A model generated the notes under the pieces. The model was given only the letters and a program-made list of their open reading frames with translations. It did not search any database and was not told the origin of the DNA. A DNA stretch of 64,000 nucleotides from Lingula anatina (Eukaryota > Animalia > Brachiopoda): NCBI GenBank assembly GCA_051362555.1, contig CM120641.1:22568001-22632000 (forward strand), read 5' to 3'. The translations under genes were made by a program, and so were the position numbers. Shown here in pieces: positions 59,501-64,000 of this stretch. The number at the start of each line of letters is the position of its first letter. The stretch's first letter is position 1.

Positions 59501-62500
59501 TTCTCAGTTACCAAATTAAAATGTTTGTAAATATGTTTTTTCTATCATTAATAATGCTATGAAAGTGTACTGAAATCTAGCATATGCAGTGGTTCCCATT
59601 TAAAAGATTATGATATGATAATAATTTCCATTTACAGCTAAATAAGGCATGATATTCCCTTATGTCAGTCCACAGCTGATGTAATTATTCGATGATTTAC
59701 TAAATTCAAACCATTTTCTCATTTTTTACAAAAAGGGTGATGACCCAACACAGAAAAGGCTGTTTGACTTCCTGGATGCAGAGGATGGCAATGACATAAA
59801 ATCTGTGGCGGCATCAGAGACAACATCTAAAGCAGATGATGAATTTGATGAACCCAAATCTCTTGCTGACCGCCTGGGAAAGAAGATTGGCAGTTCTCAA
59901 GGTAGCTCTACTGCTGGTAACTTACCTACTTTGATCATTAAACGGGGTTATCACTGTAAAAGTCCAATGCTGTACCATAGTGCTATGCATGGGCTATCTG
60001 GAACTGCTTGTACCCTTCATGGGCTATCTGGAACTGCCTGTATCCCACTGGCCAATGACCACAGGACTGCTGAGAAAAGGGGGGTTTACTGTATAAAAAC
60101 CACGCCATACATTACTAATGACTTACAGTATAAATGTCTCCCAACATTCACTCCACGAGGACTTGGTTTCACTTCTCTAGACTTGAAACATACTAGGCTA
60201 GTGTTGTCAGAACAGTCCAATCAGTTACAAACTGCGAGAGATCTGTCATTCTGTTCAAGTCGTTTTATAGTCCAAGCTGATATTAACATTTCAGCAGTTA
60301 TCAGACAAAGAGAGGTTTACAAATGTCTTCGTGTTGTTATGAAAAGGCTGCTTAAGTGAATGGAAATGTGCCAAATTTGCTATAAACAGTTTTAAAAGAA
60401 CAATATGTAGTCCTGTTGTTCTTTTTCTTGGCAGTTTGTTTCTTGGCTTTCCTCCTCCCCAGAAAAAGAAGCAAATGGTACATTAAAAAAAAATTTATCT
60501 AACAGAAACATTTATTGGTACATAAGATTTATTAAACAATCACAATAATGCCATTGTTCCACAGCTCCCAAAGCCAAGAGACAAGCCAAGCCCAAGAAGT
60601 CTCCTGCCAAAGGGAAGAAGGGGAAGAAGAAGAAGGGGCCCTGGGAGAGCAGTGATGATGAGAGTGATGTCAACATGGAGGAAAGTGATAATGACGATTT
60701 TGATTTTGGACCAAGGGAGAGAGCAGAACCCAGGAGAGCAACAGGTAATGAGTAGCCTTAGTTGGATTGTTGTTATTGCCATCACTGTGCACTTTGTTAA
60801 GATTTTACCTTTTAAACACTGAATGCAAAACTGTGTTACTTTTAATCTCAAACCTGAAAGAATGATTCAGATGCCTTAAATACAGCTTAAACTTTAAAAA
60901 CCAGCCAGATTGGCTTATTTTCTAGCAGTAATAACTTTTTTCCTAAAATTTTCCACTAGCTGCCTTGCTAGCTTATTGAAGATTGCTAAATATTATACTT
61001 CACTACTTCATATTCAACTTGTTTTCATTGTAGCAAAAGCCACTTTCAAATTCAATGATGATTCTGAGGACGAGGTGGCCAAAATTGATGACGACTCTGA
61101 TCAGAGCTTCAAATTTGATGATGAAGAAGATGAACCTAAACCCAAGAAAGTAAAGTAGGTTGAAAACAGTGCTGTGTTCATATTTAATGCTGAAATTAAT
61201 TGACCATCATGTATATCCATCAAGCTGCTGAATGTGATAATGTGGGATTTAGTGTATAAAGGCCATCCCTGTTTTTTCAGACCTCCCAAAAAATCTGTGA
61301 GGATTGCTATGTCTGATGATGAAGATGAAGAATTCAATGATGTTCAGGAATCTCAAGGTAAAGCTATTGTTATAATTACCCCTGCCAAGGAGGATATGTG
61401 TTCACCCCTGTTTGTCTGTCATCAACATAACTCAACAAGTTATGGACCAATTTTGATGAAATTTTCAGGAACTGTCAGAAGTGGGCCAAGGGAGAGATGA
61501 TTAGTTTTTGGTGATAATCCAGATCAATAATCAACCAATTATCAATAATAATAAAAAAAAAATGCTGCCTATGCAAAGGTCTGCGCTCTTGGAGTGCTTT
61601 TCTAGTTAGATCATGCAGTGTATTTAGCACTTGAATTCTGTTTTCTCACGGCATCTTAAAGGCTTTCTTGGGGGATTTGTGGCTTCTTGTCATCTTTGAT
61701 TACATTGCTGTCACTTTTTTTAACAGAGATAAGTTGACAAAAGATAATATTTATAACTCGATAAAAGATCACATTCAATTCATAGTCTGTTGTTGATCCA
61801 AGTTATCTGTATTTTCAGAGGATAAAGTGATGGCCGTAATCAGTGACAGTGAAGATGAGCCCCTTGTAGTGGAGAAGGAACCTCCCAAACCCAAGGAGGC
61901 ACCAAAAAAGAAAACACTTGGGAAAAAGACTGTACCACTGGGAACAAAAGGTAAAGGTTTTAAGTGATTTCCTTTGTGAGTTTCACTAGTGCTTTGCTTT
62001 AACATATCATTTTCTTTGATGTGGTGTTTGAAGTTTGTACAACTTTTTTTTACCTTTTTATTCTCTTATTTTAATCTTAATTGCTATACAATAACAGCAC
62101 TACTAATAGGCATTCCGTGGCTTATGATTGAATGGCATGATTTGTATGTAATTGCAAAGCAAATTTAAAAAATAAGATGAGCTATTTCACAGGGTCTCGT
62201 TCTCCTGCAGATTCCAAGCAGCCCAGTATCTTTGCAAAACTGTCCACTATTCCCAAGTCTTCAGATGTAGATGTAGCCTCTGTCTCTAGTACTGCTAGCT
62301 CTGGGTTGTTTGGGGCCAGGAACTCACAGCTCTCTTCGGCTCCTTCTTCCTCTCAGAACTTGGATGACATCATAGAAATAGAGTCTATTTCTAGTGTGGC
62401 TAGCTCTGCCACTGCTGCCTGTCCTCCAGGAAAGAAAGAAAGTATGCATTTATTACATGATTAGTTATGATTAAAAAGAATTGTATATCTTTAGAAAATC

Positions 62501-63573
62501 TTGTGGTTGCTTGTCTTGATTATTTTTTTTCCTAAAGTATTTAATATGTTGTTTGCTGTGTTCTGTTGTGGTAGTAGAGGAAGATTTTTATGATAATTGC
62601 ACAATTTTGAGGCAAACAGATGGTTTGGTGTTGCTGTAATATTGCATCATTTTGCTAATATTAAAAAAAAAAAGTAGACTCGTGGAGTAAAGCTTGCTAT
62701 TGCTCCTGTTTCTGTGAGCAGCCTATGTGCAGTTCAATTACGCATCATAAGAAAAATATGATATTCTTTTTAGCAACAGAATTTTTGACTTTTAACAGTT
62801 AACTTAAAAAACTTCCATGTTTTTTTTTATTTTATTTTATTTTTTTTCAAATCTATCACTGGATTGACAACATCAGCTGGAATGAATTTTGAATTTGTAA
62901 TAGATTTTGAAAAAAAAGTAAAAAAAGAAACAACTTTTTAAAAGTTCAAGTGAGTTTATATAACTACAAGCAGTTAAGAAAGTTTCTTCTATCCAAAAGG
63001 AATGTTCTTTAGTCAGTAGCTTGAGAAGTAAACCAGCCAATATTCCATCTGCTTACATCATTGAATAGGACTGTAACAGAACTTTATATTCCCTTACTTC
63101 AACACATTTTTGTATTATTTTTTTTACAGAAGCCCCCAAGAAGTCCAAACCCAAGAAAAAGGCCACTTCGGATGGCGACAGTGAAGATGACATGCCAAAG
63201 AAACCCAAGAAGTCTGTAGCGGCCAAGAAGAGGCCCAAAAAGACTGTGAGCTCAGATGATTCTGCTGATGAGTTTTGTCCTAAGAAAAAGAAGTCAACAG
63301 CTGCAAAGGTAAATGAGTTGTTAAGCATTTTTCTCGGTTTCAATTTTCAGTCAGTGATACAAAAAGAACTTGTCATTGTGAATTTGTGACCCTAATTGAA
63401 CACTTTGCTCATAAACATGTCAACACCTTTATTTTTTTCAGAAAAAGAAAGTGGATAATGAAGATATGGAAGGAATGGACTTGAATAACATAATTCCAAA
63501 AGAAAGATCACAGAGAGCAAGGAAGGCTGTCACCTACAACTTTGATGATGACGATGATGATTCGGATTTCTAG
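47510..63573 (+). CDS. TOP2: DNA topoisomerase II, complete gene with two candidate first coding exons (47510-47542 and 47768-47791)
   Basis: Exon 48400-48648 SVERIYQKKSQLEHILLRPDTYIGS; VPGLYKIFDEIL; WNNGKGIP; GGRNGYGAKLCNIFS; TOPRIM LILTEGDSA, PLRGK, MTDQDQDGSHIKGL; catalytic AASPRYIFT (Tyr codon 56313-56315); PMVLVNGAEGIGTGW; charged CTD ending RARKAVTYNFDDDDDDSDF* (TAG 63571-63573). Confidence 0.96.
47618..47682 (+). promoter_or_regulatory. Cell-cycle-type promoter motifs upstream of the second TOP2 first exon
   Basis: E2F-like GCGCCAAA 47618-47625, E-box CACGTG 47644-47649, two inverted CCAAT boxes (GATTGG at ~47668 and ~47677). Confidence 0.55.
48845..49835 (+). mobile_element. Kolobok-like internally deleted element in a TOP2 intron, retaining a first-exon-like ORF
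   Basis: TTAA at 48841-48844 and 49836-49839; imperfect TIRs AGACAGTCTCAG / rc AGGACAACTCAG; basic ORF MAQTRVKS..RWRTLKAELGLTYEAMAKLLLDT followed by a GTGAGT donor at ~49357. Confidence 0.6.
61375..61607 (+). mobile_element. Non-autonomous Helentron/Helitron-associated (HINE-like) element
   Basis: Starts ATTACCCCTGCCAAGGAGGATATGTGTTCACCCCTGTTTGTCTGT and ends AGGTCTGCGCTCTTGGAGTGCTTTTCTAGTT with a short subterminal stem-loop (GCGCTC/GAGTGC), the layout I recall for this widespread family. Confidence 0.6.
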
Positions 63574-64000
63574 ACTGGAAGTTGATCCACAAGTAGTTTT
63601 TTCAGCACGATGCATGGATCTTAAGAGGAAGAGAAAACTGTGTAAAAACAGAGAAAAACGACGCAAAATTTTATTTTTTGTGCCTTTTTTTTTCTTGAAG
63701 GAGGGATGTTCTTTTAGCTAGAATCTGAGTATACTTGAATTGTGAGGAGTTCAGTAGTTTAATAACAGTCAACAGACACTGTATTGCACAAGATTTATTG
63801 ATAATATTTTTATGAATTTAGTATCTGTGGGAACTTTTGTGATTTTAACTTGTCTTAGAATAATAATATCTTATGTATGGTTTTATCATTGCAAGTGTGA
63901 AGTGCATTAGGTGCTCGTCTCATTGTCATTTGTACATATGCCATTCAGAACACATGAGTAATGTATGATTCTGACACTATGTGAAAGTTATTTTATCTTG

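Noticed and set aside
59805-60359. 184-aa ORF within TOP2
   Set aside because: Only the first ~35 codons are exon; the rest is intron read-through with a small tandem duplication.

Overview
AT-rich, intron-containing animal genomic DNA; a bivalve or other lophotrochozoan source is my guess from the repeat style, not proven. Left to right: (1) 5' half of a myosin V gene (-, runs off the left edge); (2) a tail-to-tail pair of caspase-3/7-type genes, the + copy an intact but catalytically dead pseudo-caspase (LTRG/QADQD) and the - copy predicted active (SHG/QACRG); (3) a young, complete Ty3/Gypsy LTR retrotransposon (649-bp LTRs, ATAT TSD, intact gag and pol, -1 frameshift signal) inserted just upstream of the active caspase; (4) a repeat-rich spacer; (5) a PhyH-family 2OG-Fe(II) dioxygenase; (6) UBE2G2 (-), head-to-head with (7) a complete DNA topoisomerase II gene (+). 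Several non-autonomous DNA transposons with clear TIR/TSD structure sit in introns. Top observations: the decoy/active caspase pair; two alternative TOP2 first exons that mirror the N-termini of vertebrate TOP2B and TOP2A; tandem PBS-like units in the Gypsy U5, with all LTR-LTR mismatches in the last unit; and a hydrophobic, membrane-helix-like segment inside Gypsy Pol. Gene models were spliced by eye from GT-AG sites and frame. Reference sequences are quoted from memory and need database confirmation.
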